Shown here piece by piece: positions 9,794 through 18,823 of a DNA stretch of 64,000 nt. Numbering within the stretch: position 1 is the first letter of the stretch; every line of letters starts with the position of its first letter. The notes under the pieces were generated by a model, which had not been told where the DNA came from, did no database searches, and saw only the letters and a list, made by a program, of their open reading frames with translations. Made by a program: the position numbers and the translations under genes. This DNA is from Candidatus Multivoradales bacterium (GTDB lineage Bacteria > Acidobacteriota > Thermoanaerobaculia > Multivoradales > J023): the NCBI GenBank assembly GCA_965248925.1, contig CBDFLE010000006.1, positions 3,296,001 to 3,360,000 on the forward strand, read 5' to 3'.

Positions 9794-11560
9794 ATGACAC
9801 AAAAGAAGGCAATCTTCAGGCGGTGTGTTCCTCTCCTGCTAACGGCATTCTTCTTGGCCAGCGCTGTTTTTGCAGTCTCGGCCAGCTACCGTGTCGCGGA
9901 TCTCTTGGTTCTCGCCCTGCTCTACTTTTTCTTGAGCTACGCTCTCTATACCGGAGCCGGACTTCTAGCCCGCTACGGATGGGTGACGGGCATGGCCGGC
10001 GCCTTTCTCTTTGCCTTCGTTCCTGTGTGGCATTTCAGGGAACAGACTTTCCTACCCGGTTCGATCCTCAGCGCGGTGCTCCTCGCCGCGTTGCTGGCGG
10101 TGCCTTGCTATCGGTTCGAGGGGCGACTGTTTGGCGGCCAGGGTGGTGGTCGCGGCTGGCGTGGCTTCATGCTTTCGACCCTGGCTGCGCTGGTGGTTTG
10201 GATGGGTGCTTATCAGGCGTCGCCGATGCTGCGCTGGCATCTACTGCGCCACAACACAATGCTCGGAACGCCCGCTTATTATTTGCTGGACGAACCGGTT
10301 CTGTCGCGTCAAGAGGACCTTTTCGCACGGCAGCAGATGATCAGTGGCCCACCACCAACCCTGGTCCAGCCTCTTCCCCCGCCGATCGAGGGCAACAATC
10401 CCAACATTGTCTTTGTTCTGCTCGACACTTTGCGGGCGGATGCGCTGGCGGTTCACGGCGGCGACCCCTCTCTCATGCCGCGTCTCAACAGATTCTTCGC
10501 CGACTCCTATCGCTTTACCGATGTCGTTTCCAGTGCCGGTTGGACCAGGCCCTCGGTGGCGTCATTCTTCACCGGCCTCTTATCAGAAGAGCACGGAGCC
10601 CGGCTGATCACCGACCCTCTAACGGCTGACAACATCACTCTAGCCGAGATTCTTAAGCAGCGTGGCTATCGTACGGCGGCCTTTGTCGCCAACGTTGCCG
10701 CGGTGAATCGAGACTTCGGATTCGCCCAGGGATTCGACACCTTCAAGGAATTCGATACCTTGCCGTACGCGCGGGCGGAAGAGGTCAAGAGGTACCTGCT
10801 GCGCTGGCTTGCCGCGACGCCAACCGCCGGTGCCAGCTGGTTTCTCTATCTGCATTTTCTCGATCCGCATGAGCCCTATCTCAGCGGCAAGGAACCGAGA
10901 GTCAAGACCCGGCAGAGCTATCTGAGAGCCTATCGGGAAGAACTCAAATATCTCGACCGGGAGTTGGGGGAAGTGCTGGATGCATTGCAGCGTTCGCTCC
11001 GAGGGCCAACGCTGATCTTCATCACTTCCGACCACGGTGAGGAATTCTTCGAGCACGAGCTTTTTGGACACGCCTACACCCTCTACGATGAGGTGCTGCG
11101 AATTCCAGCGGCTCTCTATGGCGTAGAAGGAGTGGGTGGCGAGATCACGGTACCCCTCGAGAGCCGTGACTTCTTCGATCTGCTGGTAGGCTCCGCCGCC
11201 GGTGAGCTGGCGGTCGACGACTGGTCACGCCGCAAGGCTCGTGATCGACGCTACTCCTCACTCTATTTTGGTTCCGAGGGTCGCCTGTTCTTGCGCCCCT
11301 ACCTGCGGCATGTGTGTACCCGGACTTTGGAAGAAGAAGGCTTCAAGCTCATTTGGTCGGCCTATGGTGACACCTACGAACTCTACGATCTCAGGCACGA
11401 CCCTGGAGAGCGGCACAATCTGGCGGCGGTGGAGCCCGAGCGGGTGGCGAGAATGGCTACCGCCTTTGATGCCCAGGTACGGTTCTGGACCCAACCCGGC
11501 CCAGTCGAGCTTTCCGACCAGGCCGCCGAACGGTTGAGGGCGCTGGGCTATCTGGATTGA
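9794..11560 (+). CDS. Membrane-anchored sulfatase / alkaline-phosphatase-superfamily protein
   Basis: About 5 TM helices, then PNIVFVLLDTLRAD, WTRPSVAS (Thr at the nucleophile position rather than CxPxR), DPHEPY, SDHGE, ELYDL..DPGE, LRALGYL. Confidence 0.85.
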   Translation: MTQKKAIFRRCVPLLLTAFFLASAVFAVSASYRVADLLVLALLYFFLSYALYTGAGLLARYGWVTGMAGAFLFAFVPVWHFREQTFLPGSILSAVLLAALLAVPCYRFEGRLFGGQGGGRGWRGFMLSTLAALVVWMGAYQASPMLRWHLLRHNTMLGTPAYYLLDEPVLSRQEDLFARQQMISGPPPTLVQPLPPPIEGNNPNIVFVLLDTLRADALAVHGGDPSLMPRLNRFFADSYRFTDVVSSAGWTRPSVASFFTGLLSEEHGARLITDPLTADNITLAEILKQRGYRTAAFVANVAAVNRDFGFAQGFDTFKEFDTLPYARAEEVKRYLLRWLAATPTAGASWFLYLHFLDPHEPYLSGKEPRVKTRQSYLRAYREELKYLDRELGEVLDALQRSLRGPTLIFITSDHGEEFFEHELFGHAYTLYDEVLRIPAALYGVEGVGGEITVPLESRDFFDLLVGSAAGELAVDDWSRRKARDRRYSSLYFGSEGRLFLRPYLRHVCTRTLEEEGFKLIWSAYGDTYELYDLRHDPGERHNLAAVEPERVARMATAFDAQVRFWTQPGPVELSDQAAERLRALGYLD

Positions 11561-11615
11561 TGGCTGGACACTGACTGAGGAACAAGAACCGGCCGCGCCG
11601 GTTAGCTTACCTATC

Positions 11616-12470
11616 ATGGCTTCGTATCGATTCTGTCGACCCGACGATATTCCGCGCCTGGTGCAGGCGATCAACGATTGCTACTTGCCACATTTTTCTG
11701 GCTGTGAGGAGTTCACGGTCGAGGATTTTCGCCGCGAGATGCTCGAACTCAGCGTCTGGCCGAGCAACTGCATGATGGCGATTGGCGGCGAGGATCCGAT
11801 CGCGGTGATGATCGGTACCAAGCGCCAGCATGAAGTGCTGGTGCTGCGGCTGGCGGCGGCGCCGGGGCACCAGCGCCGGGGTCATTGTGGCCACATGCTC
11901 AACTCTCTGAGCCAGAAGCTGGCGGTGCTCGGACCGCCACGATTGATTGCCGAAGTGCCAGCCGAGCTGGCAGGGGTCAACGAGGTTTTCACTGCTTTGG
12001 GGTATCAGGCCGAAGAGTCCTATTACGACTATCAGCGAACACCAGTGGACAGCGCGGCGGTGCCAGCCGAGCTGGTGTTCCCTATTTCGGTTGAAGAGCT
12101 GGTCGCAGGCGGCGAGCTGCTGCCTGCGGAGCACGGGGTTGCCTGGCAGCGTTGCCGGCAGACTCTGGAGCAGCGGGGGGGGACACAAGGACTTGCCATC
12201 GCTTCACCTGAACGCCTCGAAGCGGTGCTGGTCTATGGTCAGCCGCGTCGCCAAAGCGCTATCGAAGTGCTGTCCCTGGCGGTCGCCGACGGTAACCGCC
12301 AGGAACTTTTCGCCGATCTGCTGATTCGGGCGTTGGCGGCAACCACCGATCAGCCTTTGCGGCTGCCCAAGTTGGCGGCGGGAGAGCTACCCAGCGAGCT
12401 TTTAGGCCGGCTTGGCTTCGTGCGCGGTCGCCGCTACCAGCGGGTAGCGGTAGTGCCGCAGCCGGGTTAG
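11616..12470 (+). CDS. GNAT family N-acetyltransferase
   Basis: Acetyl-CoA motif PGHQRRGHC; tandem GNAT-like folds ending in LGY and LGF. Confidence 0.7.
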   Translation: MASYRFCRPDDIPRLVQAINDCYLPHFSGCEEFTVEDFRREMLELSVWPSNCMMAIGGEDPIAVMIGTKRQHEVLVLRLAAAPGHQRRGHCGHMLNSLSQKLAVLGPPRLIAEVPAELAGVNEVFTALGYQAEESYYDYQRTPVDSAAVPAELVFPISVEELVAGGELLPAEHGVAWQRCRQTLEQRGGTQGLAIASPERLEAVLVYGQPRRQSAIEVLSLAVADGNRQELFADLLIRALAATTDQPLRLPKLAAGELPSELLGRLGFVRGRRYQRVAVVPQPG

Positions 12471-12486
12471 GAATCGAGGACAGGAG

Positions 12487-12518
12487 CCAGCGACCGGGGC
12501 AAGCCCGGCCGCTGCTGG
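12487..12518. terminator. GC-rich hairpin between convergent genes
   Basis: Imperfect stem-loop CAGCGACCGGG-GCAAG-CCCGGCCGCTG between the two stop codons. Confidence 0.45.
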
Positions 12519-12528
12519 TTGCTGAGGA

Positions 12529-14490
12529 TCAGAGGCAGACGTCGACCGCGGGTGGGAAGCCGAAGTCGGCGCCGACGTTGTCGGTGCAGGTCAGTCCTGG
12601 TTGGCACTCATTGTCGTTGTCACAATCGCCCTGGCCAGCGGCACAAGGTCCGCACTCGGTGCAGAAACGACCGTTTCCCGCGGGTAGCGGGCAGCTGCCA
12701 CCACCCCCACCGGGTTGGGTGCAGACATCGATGTTGGGATTGAAGCCGAAATCGGCACCGACGTTGTCGCTGCACACCAGTCCCGGCTGGCACTGAGCAT
12801 CGTTGTCGCAATCACCTTGGCCGACGGCACAGGGTCCACAATCGACACAGAAACGGCCATGTCCGGCCGGAAGCGGGCAGCTACCGCCTCCGCCGCCACC
12901 ACCGCCGCCTCCCGCTTGGGTGCAAACGTCGATGTTGGGGTTGAAGCCGAAGTCGGCGCCGACATCGTTGGTGCAGACCAACCCCGCTTGGCATTCGCTG
13001 TCGCGGTCACAATCGCCCTCGCCGGCGGCACAAGGTCCGCAATCGGTGCAGAAGCGGCCGCTGCCCAGGGCGACTGGACAGCTGCCTCCTCCGCCTCCTC
13101 CGCCTCCCCCAGCTAGTGCCGCCTTGATCAGAGCACCATCCGCCATGGTGACACTCACTGTGGGGATGACGATGCTGTTGTCGGTGCCGCTCATTCCGGG
13201 CGGGCCGCCAGCGACGTTGTTGACGATGATCACGCCGCGGGCGCCAGCGGCCTGGGCGTTGGCCACTTTGACCGTGAAGTTGCAGGCGCCACGGTCGATC
13301 AGCGCCAGGCGGCCGTTGACCTGTCCTGGGTTGACGACGGCGCCGCAAGCCTGGTTGGGGTTGGCCGAATTGTCACGGGCCAGGGCGATGTTGCCGCTGA
13401 TCGGAACCGCGGACAGCGGTGGGCCGAAGGATGCCGTGCCCACCACGTAGGCGCCCGCGATCGAGGCCGGTGAGTTGATCCGCAGGGTGGGCGCGGAGGT
13501 CAACAGGTTGCGGGCGTTGGCGGTGACCCGGTTGCCGACCCAGGCCACCTGGCCGTCGTTGGTGGCTGACTGCACGCGCTCGCTGTCGCTCATGTTGCTC
13601 CAGCGCTTGCGGATCTGGTTGTCGAAGACGAAACGGTCGTAGATATCCGGCGTGTTCATGAACTGCGCGCCGGTGGTGACGTTGGTGAAGTTCGAGAAGC
13701 CCAAGCCGTGCGCGATCTCGTGCATGGCCACGTTGACAAAGCTGATCGTGCTGGCCGGTACATTGCCGTTCAAGTCGTAGGTGTAGCGCGAGCTGCCGCC
13801 GAGGCAGTTCTCGTCGATTGCGCTATTGAAGGTCACGCCGACGTCGGCGGCGTTGGCATTGCTGGTGTCTTGGAGGCTGAGATTCTGGCCGCTGAGTGCT
13901 TCCGCCAGCGGCCCGTGATGCCAGTGGCCGGCCACCGGCGCCCCAGGGAAATTGCGAAATAGGAAGTTGGCGCTGGCCTGGGCCAAGGTGCCGCGGTTGT
14001 TGGCGCAGGTCAGGGCGTCGAAGCTGACACCGATATTGATGCGCACCGAGCTGCCTAGCAGCTGCTCCCATTGGTCGGCGACGAACTGGATCGCCGCCCG
14101 CCGCCGAGCACCGAGTGTTGGGTCGTTGAAGCCACTGGTTGAGTTGTCCTCAAAGCGTATGGTCACCTGCGAGGTACCGGGCTGCCAGCCAATGTCGCCC
14201 AGCTGGTGAATCGTCAAGTCGACTCCGGCAAAAGGCAGGCTGCCGGAAATCTGAGGCTCCATCAGCAAATCGGGAGTAGCCCTGAGATCGAAATGAGAAA
14301 TCGAGGAGCCGGGGGCGAGAGGCGAGGGTGCAAAGACCAACACCCGGCCGTCCTGGTCAGTTCCCGCCGGGTTGTTCGGGTCTACCAACAGGCTGCCGTT
14401 GACGGTCTGTGCCGCCACCGACAGGCTGCCGAGCAGCACGATGGTGAGCAGGGCGAGGGCAATTCGGCAGAGCAGGGGATGGCGATGCAT
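12529..14490 (-). CDS. Secreted zinc metallopeptidase with PA domain and three Cys-rich C-terminal repeats
   Basis: Signal peptide; HEIAHGLGF; PA domain (LALIDRGACNFTVKVANAQAAGARGVII); three ~55-aa Cys repeats separated by poly-Gly. Confidence 0.85.
   Translation of the reverse strand: MHRHPLLCRIALALLTIVLLGSLSVAAQTVNGSLLVDPNNPAGTDQDGRVLVFAPSPLAPGSSISHFDLRATPDLLMEPQISGSLPFAGVDLTIHQLGDIGWQPGTSQVTIRFEDNSTSGFNDPTLGARRRAAIQFVADQWEQLLGSSVRINIGVSFDALTCANNRGTLAQASANFLFRNFPGAPVAGHWHHGPLAEALSGQNLSLQDTSNANAADVGVTFNSAIDENCLGGSSRYTYDLNGNVPASTISFVNVAMHEIAHGLGFSNFTNVTTGAQFMNTPDIYDRFVFDNQIRKRWSNMSDSERVQSATNDGQVAWVGNRVTANARNLLTSAPTLRINSPASIAGAYVVGTASFGPPLSAVPISGNIALARDNSANPNQACGAVVNPGQVNGRLALIDRGACNFTVKVANAQAAGARGVIIVNNVAGGPPGMSGTDNSIVIPTVSVTMADGALIKAALAGGGGGGGGGSCPVALGSGRFCTDCGPCAAGEGDCDRDSECQAGLVCTNDVGADFGFNPNIDVCTQAGGGGGGGGGGSCPLPAGHGRFCVDCGPCAVGQGDCDNDAQCQPGLVCSDNVGADFGFNPNIDVCTQPGGGGGSCPLPAGNGRFCTECGPCAAGQGDCDNDNECQPGLTCTDNVGADFGFPPAVDVCL
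12532..13085 (-). repeat. Three Cys-rich coding repeats (CP..G.GRFC..CGPCA.G.GDCD.D..CQ.GL.C..[DN]VGADFGF....DVC)
   Basis: Directly visible in protein and DNA. Confidence 0.9.
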
Positions 14491-14492
14491 GG

Positions 14493-15017
14493 CTATCTTT
14501 CCTCCTGCTCGGTTGCCGCCGCCGGCGGGTTGGGCGCAGTGGTGGCGCTCAGCGCCGCCTCGGCATGCTCGGGATGGTCGAAGCAAGATGTCGACAAGGT
14601 GCCGTCGGCGTGCAGATGGGCGATCAAAGCGTTGCGAAAACGTCCGCCGAGGTGGACACCGACGCCCCCGTACTGCAACTCGAAGGGTTCTAGCCCGGCG
14701 CTGGAACGGCTCATTGCCTTGGCGGTTGCCGGGTCCAGCTTGTCGAACGACTCGCCTTGCGGCAGGGTGGTGATCTCGCCGCTGACCGGATCGCGATAGG
14801 CGCGCAAATCGGCGGCCGGTGGAGTCGTGTCGCGCCCCGCTTCAGGCTCGCGGGTGACAGCGGTGCTTGGGGTTGCTGCAACCACTGCCGGCTCACTCGG
14901 GGTGACCTCCGGGGTCTGCTGTTGACCAAGCGCAGTGCTAGCGGCGACCCAGCTGAGAATCAGCAAGGCTGCAAGTGGCCATCCATGATGGGTGAAGTTA
15001 GATGTCTTCTTGAGCAT
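14493..15017 (-). CDS. Small secreted protein (post-PEP-CTERM-1-like domain) upstream of the peptidase
   Basis: Signal peptide; RAYRDPVSGEI...GGVGVHLGGRF motif; stop lies 2 bp before the peptidase start. Confidence 0.6.
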   Translation of the reverse strand: MLKKTSNFTHHGWPLAALLILSWVAASTALGQQQTPEVTPSEPAVVAATPSTAVTREPEAGRDTTPPAADLRAYRDPVSGEITTLPQGESFDKLDPATAKAMSRSSAGLEPFELQYGGVGVHLGGRFRNALIAHLHADGTLSTSCFDHPEHAEAALSATTAPNPPAAATEQEER

Positions 15018-15116
15018 CTCCAGTCTCCTATTTGGCTGGGTGAGCTATGTGCCCTGAGCATAACAGTGTAAGTCCGAGATTCAACGCAAGTGGCATACCG
15101 ATATATCGAAGTGAGC

Positions 15117-16508
15117 TCAAAACGGCTCCTGGCCTTGCCGCCGTCGTTCCCAGGCGGTGGTATCTCCGCTCTCGAAGCCGTCCGCGAACAAGGGCAAATC
15201 ATCGGCCGCTGACCGGTTCACCAGCAGAGGTATCGTCGGGTCGCCGCGCACTGCCAAGTCGCGATAACGACGCCAGCGTGCTTTGGGCACCAGATCCTGG
15301 TCGAGCAGGCCGATTCGGTTAGGCAGCTCGTCGTCGGGTGCTCGGCAGTTGAAGTTCAGGTCGGTGGCCTTGAAATACAGCAAGTGGTCGACGCCGGCAT
15401 TGGCCAGGCAGATCAGCAAGTCGCTAACGATCTGAGTGTGGACCTGCTCGGCCATGGAGTTGAGGTGCGGGCAGCGAGTCACCGAGTCGATCACATGGGT
15501 CTCGCTGACCGCCAGCGGCAGCCGAGCCTTTCCGGCTTGGCCGAGCAGCTGACGAGCGCGGTGGACAATGCGCCTCATGGGCGCCAAATCATTGAAGTAG
15601 AGGTGGATCGACAGCACGTCGAAGCGGCCTTCGCTGACGATCTGTGCCAGCCAAGAATCAGCATTCTCGGTCCAAGGATGGAACAGCAGCGCTGGCGCCC
15701 ACACCCGCGCTTCGGGATCTGAGCGATGGATCTCCTCGCTGGCGACTTCGAGTAGGTCCAGGTACTGTCGCGGTGTGCCTTGGAAGCTGCTGCCCAGGTT
15801 GGGTTCGTTCCAGATTTCCCAATCGTGTACCAGGTCGGAGCCGGCTGCTCCCCAGCGGTTCACCGCCGCGGCGACGAAGCGGCGCCAATGCTCGAGATTT
15901 AAGGCCGGATACCTCTCCGGATGCTCCGGGTCGTTGCCGCTCGACGCCCACAGCGGCGTACCCCTCAGGGTCACTACTGGATGTAGGCCGTGGCGGCCAT
16001 ATGCTTCAAAATGGGGGTCGTACTTGTGCCACTGCCAGCTGCCCGGCTGTTCCTCCAGCACCTCCCAATGGACCTTGGTGCCGACGTAGTACGCCCCGGC
16101 TTCTCGCAAGCGTTCGGCCACCAAATCGTGTCCCGGTGTATCCCAGTGGATTTCCTTGGCAGAGATGCCGAAGAAAGTAGGTGAGATCGGTCGTAGGTGA
16201 TGTCCGTCGAGGCTACAGAAGGGATCCTCGGCAGAATTGGCGGCGGCCAGAGCTTGCCAGTGCTGCGGATCGATGGGTTGCGACCGCCGCGGTCGAGCGA
16301 GGGGCGAGCTGGGTGGTCCGCTGGTGGCACAGCCAACCAGGAAGATGATCGCTACGAGAGCGCTGATCCGACTGAGATTGGCGGCGGTGAGTTGCGTTTT
16401 TGAAGGCCGCAGACACTGAGGTGGGCGTTGGCTGGTAGGCGAATCTGGCAGCTGGATAGCCGGACGCTCGGACCGCGAAAGAGGTTGTGGTTCACTCCGA
16501 CTCGGCAT
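15117..16508 (-). CDS. Glycoside hydrolase, clan GH-A (GH39/GH5-like), probable lipoprotein with FADGFESG tail
   Basis: WEIWNEPN acid/base motif, VSET nucleophile region, lipobox-like FLVGC, C-terminal [14 protein letters not shown]. Confidence 0.75.
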   Translation of the reverse strand: MPSRSEPQPLSRSERPAIQLPDSPTSQRPPQCLRPSKTQLTAANLSRISALVAIIFLVGCATSGPPSSPLARPRRSQPIDPQHWQALAAANSAEDPFCSLDGHHLRPISPTFFGISAKEIHWDTPGHDLVAERLREAGAYYVGTKVHWEVLEEQPGSWQWHKYDPHFEAYGRHGLHPVVTLRGTPLWASSGNDPEHPERYPALNLEHWRRFVAAAVNRWGAAGSDLVHDWEIWNEPNLGSSFQGTPRQYLDLLEVASEEIHRSDPEARVWAPALLFHPWTENADSWLAQIVSEGRFDVLSIHLYFNDLAPMRRIVHRARQLLGQAGKARLPLAVSETHVIDSVTRCPHLNSMAEQVHTQIVSDLLICLANAGVDHLLYFKATDLNFNCRAPDDELPNRIGLLDQDLVPKARWRRYRDLAVRGDPTIPLLVNRSAADDLPLFADGFESGDTTAWERRRQGQEPF

Positions 16509-17418
16509 CGCCTTGCTCCGCTAGCTGCATCCTTGCTTCCACCTCACGGTAGTGCTGTTCGATGGCTTCTGCATTGGCCGCCGCCCGGCGCCGTAGTCGG
16601 ATCATCAGCACCAGAAGCAGCACGCTCAGAATGCCGGCGAAGCCGAGCAGGGCGCTTGGCGGCAGCGCAGTAAGCCTGGCTTCGAGCGCGCTGATGGCGC
16701 TGACTAACGCGCCGCCATGCAGCGTGCTGAGCAGCGCTGCGATTGCCAAGGCGGGGCCGAAGGGGCCGTGTTGTTGCTCATGGGTCCACAGCCGGATCAG
16801 GCCGAGGACGACACCGATGGGAAATGACAGGGCCAGCGCCAGGACGGTGGGCAGAGGGCCCAAGAAGGCGCCGATCAGCAGCAGCAGCTTGGCGTCTCCC
16901 ATGCCCATCACTTCGGCTCTGGCCCACAGGCCAAAGATTCGCCGAATCGCTTCGAGGGCGATAAATCCGAGCAGCGCTCCCCACAACGACAAGATCAGAC
17001 CGCCGAGCCAAGCAGGAGAATCTTCCATGCCGATCATCAGCAGCAGACCGTCTTGACCAAAGCTGCTCGCAATGCGGCTGGGCCAGAGGGTGTTGAGCGA
17101 CACCGCCAGCAGGGCGCCCGGGAAGGTCAGTCGATCCGGAATCAGCTGCAACCACAGGTCGGCGGCGGTGGTTGCCAGCAATAAGAGGGCCAGGGCGTAG
17201 GTGGCCAAACACGGTAGCCCACTGCCGCAGCGTAGCGCTACCCAGACGAAGAGCAGCGCGCCCGCCGCCTCCATCCACGGCCGGCGGAAGGGTTTTGGCT
17301 GCCGGCTCATGCCGAGGGTCCGCGGCAGCAAGCGGTGGCTCCAAGCAGCCAACGCGACACCTGCCAGAGCGGCTATCGACAAGCGGAGAAACAAGGCCAT
17401 TTCCATACCCCGAAGCAT
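16492..17418 (-). CDS. Prepilin peptidase (A24 family)
   Basis: Polytopic; AADL...IPD and GMGDAKL aspartate motifs; PFGPAL. Confidence 0.8.
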   Translation of the reverse strand: MLRGMEMALFLRLSIAALAGVALAAWSHRLLPRTLGMSRQPKPFRRPWMEAAGALLFVWVALRCGSGLPCLATYALALLLLATTAADLWLQLIPDRLTFPGALLAVSLNTLWPSRIASSFGQDGLLLMIGMEDSPAWLGGLILSLWGALLGFIALEAIRRIFGLWARAEVMGMGDAKLLLLIGAFLGPLPTVLALALSFPIGVVLGLIRLWTHEQQHGPFGPALAIAALLSTLHGGALVSAISALEARLTALPPSALLGFAGILSVLLLVLMIRLRRRAAANAEAIEQHYREVEARMQLAEQGDAESE

Positions 17419-17457
17419 GGCAGATTTTCACCGTCAACAGCTATGATTGGCTCCTCG

Positions 17458-18330
17458 ATGAAAACTTACTACGACATCGCTGGCGACGGCGGCTCGAACA
17501 TCCTCGCCCAGGTTGAACGACAGCAGCAGGCGATTCGCGATTCGCTGGCTGGAGTGCGCCATATTCTAGCGGTGGGCTCAGGCAAGGGCGGCGTCGGCAA
17601 GAGCACCTTCACCATGTCGTTGGTTTCGGAGTTACACCGCCGCGGCCACCGCCTGGCGATTTTCGATGCCGATTTCAACGGCCCCTGCCAAGCACAACTG
17701 AGCGGCTTGACTCAAGCTCCGTGGGTGCCCAGTGAGCGGGGACTGACCCTGCCGCGCCGCGCCGATGGTATCGGCGTGGTGTCCTTCGGCAGTGTGCTCG
17801 ACCCGGCGCAGCCGGTGGAGTTCGACACCGTTTCGAGCGGCGAGGCCCACACTTGGTGGGCGACCAAGGAGTTGACCGTCTTCGGCCAGCTGTTGGCGAC
17901 GGTCGATTGGGGGGAACTGGATTTTCTGGTTCTCGATTTGCCGCCCGGCACCGAGCGCACCACCCACTTTGCCGACTTCCTTGGCGACGGCGTGTCGTTC
18001 TTGCTGGTGACCATTCCCAGCGACGTTTCGCGGGGAGTGGTGGCGCGGTCGGTCTCGGCCCTGGCGGCCTGCGGTGGGCGGGCGTTGGGCTATGTCGAGA
18101 ATATGGTCGGCTATTACAGCCGCGAACTCGATCGGATCTTGCCCCTTTTTCCGCCCTCGCAAACCGATATTCCCCTGCCCTGTCTGGGGCAAATTCCCTT
18201 CGATCCGGCCCTGGCGGCGCTTTGCGACCAGGGCTGGCCGAGTGACGCGGTGATCGAGCCATCGCCGGCCAGGCAGGCGGTGGCGGGAATCGCCGACCGC
18301 CTGCTCGCAGCCCTGGAGTCTGAGCGATGA
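17458..18330 (+). CDS. Mrp/ApbC/NBP35-family P-loop ATPase (Fe-S carrier-like)
   Basis: SGKGGVGKS, DADFNGP, WGELDFLVLDLPPGT, VENM, IPFDP. The usual CxxC after ENM is absent. Confidence 0.85.
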   Translation: MKTYYDIAGDGGSNILAQVERQQQAIRDSLAGVRHILAVGSGKGGVGKSTFTMSLVSELHRRGHRLAIFDADFNGPCQAQLSGLTQAPWVPSERGLTLPRRADGIGVVSFGSVLDPAQPVEFDTVSSGEAHTWWATKELTVFGQLLATVDWGELDFLVLDLPPGTERTTHFADFLGDGVSFLLVTIPSDVSRGVVARSVSALAACGGRALGYVENMVGYYSRELDRILPLFPPSQTDIPLPCLGQIPFDPALAALCDQGWPSDAVIEPSPARQAVAGIADRLLAALESER

Positions 18331-18749
18331 AGTTTCTCTGCGTGAGTTGTGACCAGCCTATGAAGCTGACCTCTGCCGACCACCCCGCCGGTGCCGGTTC
18401 GATCAGCGCCGTTTTCGCCTGTCCGAGCTGCGATCAGCAAATCGCCATGCTGACCAATCCAGCGGAGACTCAGATGGTGCAATCGCTGGGCGTCAAGATC
18501 GGACCCGGCGAGCAAGAAGAGGCCGCGAGTAGCTGCCCCTTCTCCGGCATGCTGGCCGACATGGAAAGCCGCGCCCAGGGGGCGGATGAGGTCACCTGGA
18601 CCGCCGCTGCCTTGTCGCGGCTGAAGAACATCCCCGAGTTTGTCCGACCGATGGCCAAACAGGGGGTCGAGAGCTGGGCCAAAAGCAATGGCCACAGCGT
18701 CGTCGACGAGACGGTGATGGAAGAGGCCCGCGGCAGCTTCGGCATGTAG
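18327..18749 (+). CDS. Zinc-ribbon + PCP_red-domain protein
   Basis: CVSC...CPSC, CPF motif, C-terminal WTAAALSRLKNIPEFVRPMAKQGVE; ATGA overlap with the Mrp gene. Confidence 0.75.
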   Translation: MKFLCVSCDQPMKLTSADHPAGAGSISAVFACPSCDQQIAMLTNPAETQMVQSLGVKIGPGEQEEAASSCPFSGMLADMESRAQGADEVTWTAAALSRLKNIPEFVRPMAKQGVESWAKSNGHSVVDETVMEEARGSFGM

Positions 18750-18823
18750 CTGGATCAGGTGAGCGCGGCGTTGCTGCCGACTGGCTGCGTGAAACCTCCG
18801 GAAACCGGCGGCTTGACGTAATG

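Noticed and set aside
9211-10629. 472-aa plus-strand ORF
   Set aside because: Shadow ORF overlapping the well-supported phosphoesterase and sulfatase genes; no motifs.
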